Origin: an uncultured Desulfospira sp.
Lineage (GTDB): Bacteria; Desulfobacterota; Desulfobacteria; Desulfobacterales; Desulfobacteraceae
Assembly: GCA_963663165.1 (NCBI GenBank)
Contig: OY760175.1
Span: forward strand, 3,488,001 to 3,552,000
DNA: 64,000 nt
Direction: 5' to 3'
In this document: positions 19,135 through 29,200 of the stretch, piece by piece
Layout: each line of letters starts with the position of its first letter
Numbering within the stretch: the stretch's first letter is position 1
Notes under the pieces: model-generated
Told to the model about the DNA's origin: nothing
What the model saw: the letters and a program-made list of their open reading frames with translations, nothing else
The model's database searches: none
Position numbers and translations under genes: made by a program

Positions 19135-21255
19135 TCATTGCCTTTTCCTGTCCAGTTCTTCCCGGATTGCCGCCGTCAATACCTGTCGGGTGACCGGTTT
19201 TTGAAGATACCGGCGGATTCCCATTTTAACGGCATCCTCTTCCATGAAGGTTTCATGGAATCCGGTGTTAAGAATCACCGGCATATTCTTTCTTAAAGAC
19301 AAAATTTTCTCAGACAACTGCCGGCCGTCCATCTTGGGCATGCTCATATCGGTAATGACCAGATCAAATTCATCGGGGTGTTCCTCAAAGGCCCTGAAAG
19401 CCGACAGACTGTCGGTAAAACCTGCGACCGTATAACCCATATAAGAAAGAATCTTCTGGGTGGATTCCAGAATACTGTGTTCATCATCGACCAGCAGGAT
19501 TCTTTCGGTTCCAAAAAATTCTTCTATGTTGTCTTCTGTCTTTGGGTGAAGATCCGTCAGATGATTTATGATGGGGAAAAACACTTTAAAAACAGTTCCG
19601 CCGCCGACCTGGCTGGATACTTTGATAAACCCGTTATGTTTTTTGACGATACCGATTACCACGGACAAGCCTAACCCGGTTCCCTGGGAGACTTGTTTGG
19701 TGGTGAAATAGGGATCAAAAATGCGCTCTATGGATTTTTCTTCAATGCCGCACCCGGTATCTTCTATTTTTAAAACAAGATATTGACCGGGAGAATGCCC
19801 CTCTTCCGTATCTTCTTTGGCAAGTTCAACATCCTGCAACGATACGGATAAGGTTCCGCCGGTATTTCTCATGGCATGGTATGCATTGGTGCACAGGTTC
19901 ATGACAACCTGGTGAATCTGGGTCCCATCCGCCAGAACCATGCTTCTGGAGTCGATTTTTTCAACCATATCGATTGTTGAAGGAATTGATGACCGCAGGA
20001 ATTTGACCGCCTCCTTGACGATCAGATAAAGTTTCAACGGCTCCAGTTCAGACTCGCTTTGCCGGCTGAAGGTCAGGATCTGGGAGACAAGCTCACCGGC
20101 ACGCCGTGCGCCTTTCATCACCTGCTCGATATGGTTGTGCGCCTTCTCTGCTATGTCAATATCCATTCTGGTAAGCTCTGCATACCCTAAAATACTGGAA
20201 AGAATATTGTTAAAATCATGGGCAATGCCTCCGGCCAAAGTCCCTATGGCCTCCATTTTCTGGGCCTGGCGAAGCTGCAGTTCGGTTTTTCTGGACGCCT
20301 GAAATGCCTTAATGGCCCGAATGGTCTCACAACTGTAAGACGCAAGGATTGCGCCGATCTCTTTATCCTGTTCGGTAAAGGAAAGATTGTCCCGATTGTG
20401 AAGGGCGATAACACCAATAAGGCGGCCATAACTGTCCTGTATGGGAAACGCAAGAAATGAACCGTTTGAATATTCGGGCCAGCCGCTGGGCAGATAATTT
20501 TTTTCTTCTTTAATGTTATGGGCAAGAAGGGGCCGGCCCTGATTTAAAACCATATTGAAGACGGATTTTTCAGGTAACGGGAACGGTATAAATGCTGAAG
20601 AATGCCCCGGGTCAAGGGAATGCTGGAGCCGCAAACCATTTTTTTCAATCAGGTACAGGCTTCCGTTGGTTGCCCCCATATGGGCTGCAAACTCTTCCAG
20701 CACTTTTACACTGAACTGCGCCATATCAGTGCATCCGGCCAGCCGCTGTGTGGCTTCTACAATCTTATGCAGCCGGGTATTGATGTTGGATAAATGGGTG
20801 TTGGCGTTTTCAAGTTCAAGGGTCCTTCCCTTTACCATGCTTTCCAGGTGTTCCTGGTAGGCCTGGTTTTCTTTAACCAGCCGCCTCTTTTCCAGGGCTT
20901 TTTCAACCGCGTGCCGCAGAATGGAAAAATCCCGGACCGGTTTTTCAAGATAATCCCAGGCCCCATACCGCAATGACCTGACCACGTCTTCGATACGATT
21001 GGCGCCGGAAATGACAATTATCGGCAGGTCCGGGGCGAGCTTTCCGCTTTGTTTCAACACATTAAGCCCATCCATCTCCGGCATCCGAAGGTCGAGCAGA
21101 ACCAGGTCGGGGCGCTCAGATAACAGAAGTTCAAGACCGGTCCTGCCGTTTTCGGCTAGCATCACCTCATAGCCCATATCTTCCAGAAAGTCTGCAAAAC
21201 TTTGGCGGATATGCATCTCGTCGTCAATAACGAGTATTTTCAATAGATCTTTCAT
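19135..21255 (-). CDS. Cytoplasmic hybrid histidine kinase (REC-GAF-HisKA-HATPase-REC)
   Basis: LLDLRMP; GGIAHDFNNIL; FDPYFTTK, GTGLGL; ITDMSMP. Confidence 0.93.
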   Translation of the reverse strand: MKDLLKILVIDDEMHIRQSFADFLEDMGYEVMLAENGRTGLELLLSERPDLVLLDLRMPEMDGLNVLKQSGKLAPDLPIIVISGANRIEDVVRSLRYGAWDYLEKPVRDFSILRHAVEKALEKRRLVKENQAYQEHLESMVKGRTLELENANTHLSNINTRLHKIVEATQRLAGCTDMAQFSVKVLEEFAAHMGATNGSLYLIEKNGLRLQHSLDPGHSSAFIPFPLPEKSVFNMVLNQGRPLLAHNIKEEKNYLPSGWPEYSNGSFLAFPIQDSYGRLIGVIALHNRDNLSFTEQDKEIGAILASYSCETIRAIKAFQASRKTELQLRQAQKMEAIGTLAGGIAHDFNNILSSILGYAELTRMDIDIAEKAHNHIEQVMKGARRAGELVSQILTFSRQSESELEPLKLYLIVKEAVKFLRSSIPSTIDMVEKIDSRSMVLADGTQIHQVVMNLCTNAYHAMRNTGGTLSVSLQDVELAKEDTEEGHSPGQYLVLKIEDTGCGIEEKSIERIFDPYFTTKQVSQGTGLGLSVVIGIVKKHNGFIKVSSQVGGGTVFKVFFPIINHLTDLHPKTEDNIEEFFGTERILLVDDEHSILESTQKILSYMGYTVAGFTDSLSAFRAFEEHPDEFDLVITDMSMPKMDGRQLSEKILSLRKNMPVILNTGFHETFMEEDAVKMGIRRYLQKPVTRQVLTAAIREELDRKRQ

Positions 21256-24200
21256 ATATATGTCCTGTGTTGTCCTGCCCCAGGGGCAGGCGTATGGTGA
21301 AGACAGATCCTTTTCCCGGCTCTGACATCACATCCATGGTTCCGCCATGGTTCTGGGTAATGATAAAATAAGAGACGGACAGTCCAAGCCCGGTTCCCAC
21401 GCCCACCGGCTTGGTGGTGAAGAAGGGGTCAAAAACTTGTTTGCGGATTTTTTCCGCCATCCCGGGTCCGTTGTCCTCGATCTCCATGCAGACCATATCC
21501 CGGGCCGGATCCGCATAAGTCCGGATAATGAACCTGGCGTTCAAGGTTTCTGCGCCTTGCATGGCCTGAGTCCCGTTGGTCAGGATATTGAGGATCACCT
21601 GCTGGATTTTGCTGGCCTGGCAGGGGACCACAGGCAGATTCTCGTCATATTCCCTGGTGATCTCAATTTGCCTGAAGTCAAACTTTTTTTTCAGGTTGTA
21701 ATCTGTAGCCGCAAGCTCAATGGTCCTGTCCAGGATTTGGTTAAGGTGGTGGGTGGATTTAGCCATGTCGTCTCTTCTGGCAAAACTGAGCATGTTATTT
21801 ACAATCTGAGCCACCCGCTGTCCGGAGACGATGATGGCGTCAACCATCCTGTTTATCCCCCTGTCCGCCATGAACTGTTCAATGGATTCCATGGTGGTGC
21901 CGGCGGTTTGGGCCGCTTTGTGGTTGGCCGGAATACCTGCGCCTGCAGTAAGCCGCTGGGCCATGACCTGGGCGGTCTGCATCATACCGGCCAGGGGATT
22001 GTTGATTTCGTGGGCCATGCCTGCCGCAAGCCCCCCCACGGAGAGCATTTTTTCGCTCTGGATCATCATTTCCTCCATCCGCATCTGCTCGGTGACGTCA
22101 TCCACCCGGATCACGGCGCCTTTCACCCCGTTGGCTTCCAGGGGGAAAATGGTAATATCCTCGTACCGGGTCTCCTCCCGGTTCCGGCGGGCCACCTTGG
22201 ACTTTCTGAGTACCCGGCGGTCCCGGATAGACGCTTTGATGAGGCCTATTTCATTCTTCAGGCCGGGGAAGACCTGATCTAACGGCTTGGCACAGGCCTT
22301 TTCAGAACTGATCCCGGTAAGTTGCCCGGCCCGGTGATTCCACTGGGTCACCGCCCCGTCACTGTCCACGCCCACCAACACGGAAGGCATGGCGTCAATG
22401 ACGTTGGACAGATAGTTTCGCAGGCGGATCAGCTCCTGTTCGTCTTGCTTTTGCCGGGTAATATCGACACCGACAGCCACCACCCCCATGACACTTCCGC
22501 CACTGTCCTTTAACGGGGAAAACGATCCTTTCATCCATGTTTCGCCCCCATCCGGATCAATTATCCGGCTCTCAACACCGCTGATCACCCCGCCTTTCAT
22601 TGCATTCCGGACATGGGTTTCAAATACGGTACCCCTTATATGCGGAAAAACATCCCAGGGCGCTCTGCCCATTACCTCCTGCCTTGATTTGCCGGACATC
22701 TCTTCGTGTTTTTTATTGACCAGCTGATAAGCAAATTCATGATCAATCACTGAAACGGCTTCATCCATGGATTCCAGGATATTACTCAACAGCTGCCGGT
22801 TTTCCTGCAGTGCTTTATCCGCCTGCTTACGCTCAAAAATGTTTTCTATAAAAGCAATGTGGAATTCCTGGGCCTCGAACCGGACCATTTTCTCCACAAC
22901 CTGGATGGGAAAGACCTCACCGTTCCTTCGCCGGTGCAGGGATTCAACGGTTCTGCTGCCCGCCTTTTTGAGTGTGTCAATCCCCTTGGCCCAACGGCCT
23001 CGGTCCATGGCGGGACCAAGGTCAAAAACAGTCATGCGGTAAAGTTCCTCTTGGGTATACCCAAGGCTTATGCATCCCTCCTTGTTGACGTCAATGATCC
23101 GGCCATCTGCGCCCATTCTCCAGATTCCCATGGGGGCGTTGTCAATAATGGAACGGGCCATCCTAAGCGAGGACTCCAGTGCCTTGCGCTCCGTAATATC
23201 GGTAAGCATGCCGTAATGAAAAACCATGTCATGGCTTCGCCGGGGAGAGGAACGGCCCTCAAACCAGATTTCCTCTCCGGACGGCTTGTTGAACCGCCCT
23301 TCATAATGCCAGGGTTTGACGGCTTCGACGGCGTCTTCTACGGACAGGACAAAGCGGGACCGGTCTTTTTCGGGAAGGCAGGCCACAAAATGATCTATAA
23401 AATGTTCATGTTCAAAATCCAGCCCAAAAATTTCCATGCCCCTTTCCCGGGCCAGAGTGGTAATGGCCCTTGCTTCGGATGCATTGGGATCGGCCATATG
23501 CTGAAACACCACACCGGGGATATTGACCAGAATCTCCCTGGTCCGATGTTCATTGGCCTTGAGCTCCCTTTCCCGCTTCGCGATCTTTTGGGCCATGCGC
23601 TCAAGGCTTTGGCGCAGCAGCGCGAACTCTGCTGTTTTATGGTCAGGCCATTGAAGGTCATAGCATCCATTGGCAACTGATGCGGCCTGTTTTGCATAGG
23701 AAGTAAAAACATGGGAAAACTTGCCGGAGAGAAACCAGCCTATGGACAAGGCCAGCACCAGGGCAAGAACCAGCCCCAGGCCGATCAGAATCAGGGTGTC
23801 CCACAACGGCTTTAGGGCCTTGTGGAGCGGCTGGGCCATCAGGACTTTCCAGCCGGTCTCTTCCACCTCCACTGCGGTGCCCAGCATCTTTAGGCCATTG
23901 AGTTCAAATATCTTTGAAACGGCCATGGGATTATCTTCAGGTTTAGTCCCTCTAACAATTCCGGCGGGAAATATCTGTCCCCAGTACCGCCGTTGGGAAT
24001 CGGTCACCACCGTTCCCCGGTCATCCATTATCAAGGTCAGCAATTGGGATTCTGCCGGCGGGTGGCTGATGAATTTGGACAGGTTTTCCAGAGTTAGTTC
24101 TCCGATGATAAACCCCTGTGCCAGTGGAATGGTCAGCGCGACGGCAGGGCGGCTGTCCACTGTGGATAAAAAGGATTTTGACCAGGCCGGCGTTTGGGTG

Positions 24201-24634
24201 CCCTTCACGGTGTAGACGGGCCTGCGGCCGGATAAGTCCATCCCGATGAAATCAGAACGCCTCTGCCGGCGGGCCCGGGCCAGGCCGGCCGCCTGGATAA
24301 AGAACCCAGTATTGTCCACCACAAACAGGGCCTCGAAGAAATCACCGTTGCCGCAATGGGCATCCAGCAGGTCGTTCAGGGCAGGATCCGGCCTTAGCTG
24401 CCGGTTGCCCAGGTATCCGGCCAGGGCCGCGAGCCCGCGCTCGCCACCGGCCAGATGGGCACACAGCTGGTCGGCAATGGAGATGGCCATGGCCTGGTGC
24501 TGCCGGCCTGTGCGCGCCTTTATGGCTGGCATCATAAACCACCAGGTCAAACAGGCAATAATCATTACAGGCAGAACCGCCACTGCGCTGAAATGCCTTG
24601 ACAGATAATTTTTCAGGGTAATTTTAGATGCCAT
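21224..24634 (-). CDS. Membrane histidine kinase (Cache-like, HAMP, multiple PAS, HisKA, HATPase)
   Basis: Two TM helices; about four PAS repeats; AGMAHEINNPL; FDPFFTTKPVGVGTGLGL; ATG 24634 after GGAG. Confidence 0.93.
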   Translation of the reverse strand: MASKITLKNYLSRHFSAVAVLPVMIIACLTWWFMMPAIKARTGRQHQAMAISIADQLCAHLAGGERGLAALAGYLGNRQLRPDPALNDLLDAHCGNGDFFEALFVVDNTGFFIQAAGLARARRQRRSDFIGMDLSGRRPVYTVKGTQTPAWSKSFLSTVDSRPAVALTIPLAQGFIIGELTLENLSKFISHPPAESQLLTLIMDDRGTVVTDSQRRYWGQIFPAGIVRGTKPEDNPMAVSKIFELNGLKMLGTAVEVEETGWKVLMAQPLHKALKPLWDTLILIGLGLVLALVLALSIGWFLSGKFSHVFTSYAKQAASVANGCYDLQWPDHKTAEFALLRQSLERMAQKIAKRERELKANEHRTREILVNIPGVVFQHMADPNASEARAITTLARERGMEIFGLDFEHEHFIDHFVACLPEKDRSRFVLSVEDAVEAVKPWHYEGRFNKPSGEEIWFEGRSSPRRSHDMVFHYGMLTDITERKALESSLRMARSIIDNAPMGIWRMGADGRIIDVNKEGCISLGYTQEELYRMTVFDLGPAMDRGRWAKGIDTLKKAGSRTVESLHRRRNGEVFPIQVVEKMVRFEAQEFHIAFIENIFERKQADKALQENRQLLSNILESMDEAVSVIDHEFAYQLVNKKHEEMSGKSRQEVMGRAPWDVFPHIRGTVFETHVRNAMKGGVISGVESRIIDPDGGETWMKGSFSPLKDSGGSVMGVVAVGVDITRQKQDEQELIRLRNYLSNVIDAMPSVLVGVDSDGAVTQWNHRAGQLTGISSEKACAKPLDQVFPGLKNEIGLIKASIRDRRVLRKSKVARRNREETRYEDITIFPLEANGVKGAVIRVDDVTEQMRMEEMMIQSEKMLSVGGLAAGMAHEINNPLAGMMQTAQVMAQRLTAGAGIPANHKAAQTAGTTMESIEQFMADRGINRMVDAIIVSGQRVAQIVNNMLSFARRDDMAKSTHHLNQILDRTIELAATDYNLKKKFDFRQIEITREYDENLPVVPCQASKIQQVILNILTNGTQAMQGAETLNARFIIRTYADPARDMVCMEIEDNGPGMAEKIRKQVFDPFFTTKPVGVGTGLGLSVSYFIITQNHGGTMDVMSEPGKGSVFTIRLPLGQDNTGHIYERSIENTRY

Positions 24635-24638
24635 AAAA

Positions 24639-25772
24639 TCACTCCGGTTCAGTAAATTTCCCGTTGCGGATGACACGAATGAAGGCTGGTTTTTTCACAT
24701 CCCCCCATGCGTCAAACCTGGTTTTTCCCTGCAGGCTGTCAAATTCGCCAAGACAAAGAAGGGCCGCTTTCAGGCTTTGCCCGGGTTTTTGGATATTCAA
24801 AGCCGTCAGCACTGCCTGGGCGGCATTGTAAGAATATAAGCTGATAATCCCGGGCTCATGCTGGTAAGTGTCACGAAAAGTCCGGCGAAAATTCTGATAC
24901 CGGGGATTGGGACTGTCCCAGTCTATATCCATGGCCAGACTGACCCCTTCAACGGTCTGGCCGCCCAGTTCTATAAACCGGTGGGTACCGCCCCAGGTGG
25001 ACAGGCTGATGTTGACTAAAGGGTTTATTTTGCGGATCTGCTGGCATAACATTGCCGAATCCATGGCATTGGCAATGATCAGTATCCCGTCCGGATCTTG
25101 ACTTAACAATTCATTGGCAATCTGAAAAAAGGGCCGCTTATCGTTTGCTGTAAATTCTATGCTGGTGATAACCTTTCCCCCGCCGGCGTTAAACGCTTTT
25201 TCAAAATCTTTAATGAACGGTTCACAGTATGAAGGGTTCCTGCCATGAAAGGCCACCGCAATGCGCCGCATGTTGCCCGATCGAATCTGATACTCGGCGT
25301 TCATGCGGGCAGCATCACCGGCCGGGGGACAGACACGGAAAAAATAATCGTCCCGGCCGGACAGCAGGGGAGTGGTTGCCGTAGGGGAGACAGTCACCAT
25401 CCGGGATTCGTTCACGTATGGCAGCATCGCCATGGCCATGGTGCTGGACATGGGGCCGATGATGACATCAACTTTTTGTGCAATTAACTGCTTAACATCC
25501 TTTACCGTATCATTGGCATTCTGCTGGCCGTCTTTGACAATCACTTCCACCCGCCGGCCCCGGATACCGCCCTTTTCATTGCACTGGTCCACAGCCAGTT
25601 GGATCGCATAACGGGCCGCTAACCCCATATCGGCCATGTGACCTGCTGTGCCGGTGACAATGCCGATCCGGACAGGCTCCTGAGGAGCGCAGCTTTGCAG
25701 GATAACAGCAGTAAAGACAAAGCCCACTATTGGCATCAAGACAACATTTTTGAAAAAAGCATTATGGGACAT
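24639..25772 (-). CDS. LivJ/LivK-like substrate-binding lipoprotein
   Basis: Lipobox-like LQSC; NEKGGIRGR, IIGPMSS, YFFRV, RFDAWGD. Confidence 0.88.
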   Translation of the reverse strand: MSHNAFFKNVVLMPIVGFVFTAVILQSCAPQEPVRIGIVTGTAGHMADMGLAARYAIQLAVDQCNEKGGIRGRRVEVIVKDGQQNANDTVKDVKQLIAQKVDVIIGPMSSTMAMAMLPYVNESRMVTVSPTATTPLLSGRDDYFFRVCPPAGDAARMNAEYQIRSGNMRRIAVAFHGRNPSYCEPFIKDFEKAFNAGGGKVITSIEFTANDKRPFFQIANELLSQDPDGILIIANAMDSAMLCQQIRKINPLVNISLSTWGGTHRFIELGGQTVEGVSLAMDIDWDSPNPRYQNFRRTFRDTYQHEPGIISLYSYNAAQAVLTALNIQKPGQSLKAALLCLGEFDSLQGKTRFDAWGDVKKPAFIRVIRNGKFTEPE

Positions 25773-25879
25773 TGAGAAAAACCTCTTGCCAAGTTTAGCT
25801 TTAAAATTATATAGCCCGCTCTTTTATCTGCTTTCTTTTAAATTTTCGACGGCAGGCATTTCATATCATTTGATATTAT

Positions 25880-25896
25880 GGCAAGAGGCATGCCAA
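25880..25896 (-). promoter_or_regulatory. Sigma54 (-24/-12) promoter of the binding-protein/kinase operon
   Basis: TTGGCATGCCTCTTGCC (GG-N10-GC) on the minus strand; IHF-like AAACAGGATGTTA near 25926-25938. Confidence 0.7.
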
Positions 25897-26112
25897 TAGA
25901 CAAAATTTTTAAAATCTTAATATAAAACAGGATGTTATATGGATGTCGACTATTTCGCGGGGGTTGATTTCGACCTGTTTTCTTGAAAAAAAGAACGGTT
26001 TATATTCTCGTTTCCAAGAACGGATAACTTCATGTTTTCGGCCCCCAAAAGACTCGATTAAGGCCGTTTTAGGCGCCTATTTTCAGCTCTTTTCCTGATA
26101 TTACAATGAGTT

Positions 26113-26212
26113 GCTGCGGCCCGACCCCAAGCCCTGATGGGGCTGCGGCCCGACCCCAAGCCCAAAACAAGCCCACCTGCGACCCCAAGCCCACGAGCCC
26201 AAGCCACAAGCC
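26113..26212. repeat. Degenerate short direct-repeat array
   Basis: GCTGCGGCCCGACCCCAAGCCC at 26113 and 26142, then shorter (GACCC)CAAGCC copies. Confidence 0.8.
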
Positions 26213-26268
26213 AGAAAGCTGATTTAAAAGACCTCGGGATTTGTTGAAGGCGGTCTTTTCCCGTTAAC

Positions 26269-29200
26269 TCAACCATCGTTTAACCATCGTTTATAGTTAC
26301 TTTGTTTCCATCTTAAATATTTGATATATGTATTGTATCCCACATCAGCCCAGGTTCTGATTGTTTCATACACACCAGGGGTGCCAGGCGGCGGCGGTGC
26401 CTGGAAGTTGCCGGCAAAAACTGAGGCGATAGACCCCATGATGCCGACAATCGTGTCAATACTGTCAACCGCATCATTGGCATATTGAATCGTCTCATTG
26501 CCCTTTATGGCACTTCTAAAACTTTCCAGTGCCATAATCTGCCGCTGGGTTTTTAACCAGTTATCCCGGCACTCGGACAGCCACGCGTCATTCATTTGAT
26601 TAAACAACGCATCCAGTTCTTCATTGTTCATTTCGTCAATTGGTTTATCAACGCACAACCCCCAGGGATCAGTCCATCTAACAGGGTTATTGAGGGCGTA
26701 AACATAATGATTCAATTCAGAATAAAGCGGATCCATGCGGTTATAGCGACCCAAAGCCGGGTCATAATAGCGATGCCAGTTATAGTACAGTCCGGACTCA
26801 GCGTCATGGTACTGGCCGGGCAGCCGCAGGTTGTTTTCCACTTCTTCATTCCAGATAGTGGCGTTGCCAAAGGCGTCATAGGTGGCCAGCCACACGACTT
26901 TGCCGGAAGGATTGACCAGCTGCCGGGGGGTCCCGAGATGGTCGGTCAGATAATAATAGGTCTGGGTACTGTCTTTCATGAACACCGGCCGGGTGCCCCA
27001 CAGGGAACCGGGTTCATACCCGTAGGATCGGATTAAGTTTGCACTTTCATCATATTCCCCGATAAGCCCTTCATCGGCATAGCAAAAATATGTCCGGATG
27101 CCGTTAACCTCTTTCCAGAGCCTTCTGCCGAAAGGATCATAGGCATATTCGGCCATCACGGTTCCGTCTTCTTTGGACAGTTTAACCAGGCGGTTCATGA
27201 TGTCGTACTCAAAAACCGTAATCTGTCCGTCAACGGTCTGCTGCACCATGTTTCCCCGGGCGTCGTACTCATAGGACCCGTTGGAATGGCTGATCAGCTC
27301 GTTGTTCCCGTTATACACCCACTGACCGGTGGTGTTTGAAGCGGTCAGGCGGTTGCCGGCACTGTCATAGGTATAGGCCTCATCATCGGCATCGGCATTT
27401 TGGGCAGAAATCAACCGGCTGGCCCCATCATATTCAAAGCTGCTTTGGCGCTGGTCGTTTATTCTTGATACCAGGTTGCCGGCAGCGGAATATTCATAGG
27501 CGTCAGTGGAAAGCCGGTTTGCTGCGGGATCTTTCAAGGTGATGGTTTCAGGCTGCATAAATGCCGTATAATCCAGCTCAATTTGTGATCCGCCGGCAAG
27601 CCGCATGTGTGTAGGGCGGTTCCACTGGTATCCGGTGTAGGTGACCGGACCTGAACGGGCCAGGCGGCCCGCCTCGTCATAGGTGTATTCAATCAGGGTG
27701 CCGTTAGGATAGGTCATGGATTTCTTTTTGCCGTTGGCATAATAGGCACAGGCATGGGTCAGGCTGAATTCCCCATAGTCTACAGACTCTTCAATCTTTC
27801 GTCCCAGCTCGTCATAGACAAAGGTTCCCGATATGGTTCCATGGGTGGTCTCGTCTTCCCAGGAGAGCAGATTTCCATTGGCATCATAGGTATACCGGAT
27901 CGTTTTCACGGCCGTGGTGAGATCATCGGCATAAAAGTGTTTTACCCCGGCCAGGCGATTCAATGCATCGTATTCATATTCGATTTTATGGCCCAGGGCA
28001 TCGGTTGCCGCAGTCTGGTTGCCGGCCGCATCATATTCAAACTCAATGACCCCGCCTTCCGGCCTGACCAGCCGGGTTAACCGGTTGGTCAGGTCATATG
28101 CCAGGGTGGTTTCATTTTCATTGGGATCCATTATTCCGATAAGATTGTTCCTGGCATCGTAAAAAAACCGGGCCGTATTGCCCGAAGCATCGGTCACACT
28201 GGCCAGCCGGTCGTGTTCGTCATAGGCATAGGTGGTCTGATGGCCGTCGGCGTCTGTAATACTTAAGATATTACCGTTGGCATCATAGGCATAATTGACG
28301 GCCCGGCTTTCATCCCCCTGGCTGTCCTTGACACGGATGGGCCGCTGGAACATATCGTAGGTCAACACCCGGGTAAAGGCCGGAAATGTTATGGAGACCG
28401 GGTTGGCGGATAAGGCAAAATTGTCCGATGTTTCGTCATAGCTGTATTCAACGGCTGTGCCTGAAGCATCCGAAGCCTTGAGCAGCCGCTGCTCATTATC
28501 ATAGGTAAAATTTTGCTCAATGCCTGCCGGGTCGGTGATCCGGGTGGCCTCATTGTCCGTGTTATAGTTCAGGGCGGTCTTTCCGGACAGCGGATCAATA
28601 TGGGTCACCAGGTTGTTGTGCGGATCGTAGGCCATGTCATACCGGTTCAGCCGCCGGTCGATAAACGCCGTTATGTTGTTGGCATTGTCATACTCATAGG
28701 CAGCACGATTGCCCATGGGATCTTCAATGGAAAGGGGGCGCCCCTTTTTATCGTACTCAATGTGCCATTGATTCCCCAAAGGATCGGTCACCTGCCCGGG
28801 ATTGCCCGTCAGGTCGTGCCCGGACATCAAGAAACTTCCGCCTTCAGGATGGGTTATGGCGTCCGTTGCGCCGGAGTCGGTATATGAATAGAGCCATATG
28901 GCGCTTTGTGTCTGGCCATCACCCTCAATGGTAACGGAAGACAGCTGCCCTTCATCGTCATAGGCATAGGTGGTTGTTCTCTGGGCATCCGTGCCATAGG
29001 CTTCGGTTTTTTCCATGAGTTTTCCCTGATCGTCATAATCAAACCGCGTGACCATATTCCGGCGGTTTGAATACTGGGTGATGGTGAAAAAGGTGGGATC
29101 ATAAATAAACTGCTCCGCCGTGGCATCGGGATAACAAATGCGGGTCAGGTTGCCCCATTCATCAAAGGTTTTTACGGTCACCGCCCCTTTCTCATCCATA

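Larger units (their letters stand above)
19079..26243. mobile_element. Putative inserted ~7.1 kb island bounded by a 30-bp direct repeat of the glutaredoxin 3' end
   Basis: 19079-19108 and 26214-26243 match at 28/30; no integrase inside. Confidence 0.6.

Noticed and set aside
26113..26212. Mini-CRISPR array
   Set aside because: Only two full copies, a 7-bp spacer, and no cas genes.
26058..26276. 72-aa ORF overlapping the RHS stop, as an immunity gene
   Set aside because: It is the antisense reading of the duplicated glutaredoxin tail and the repeat array, has low complexity and no clear RBS; unlikely but not formally excluded.
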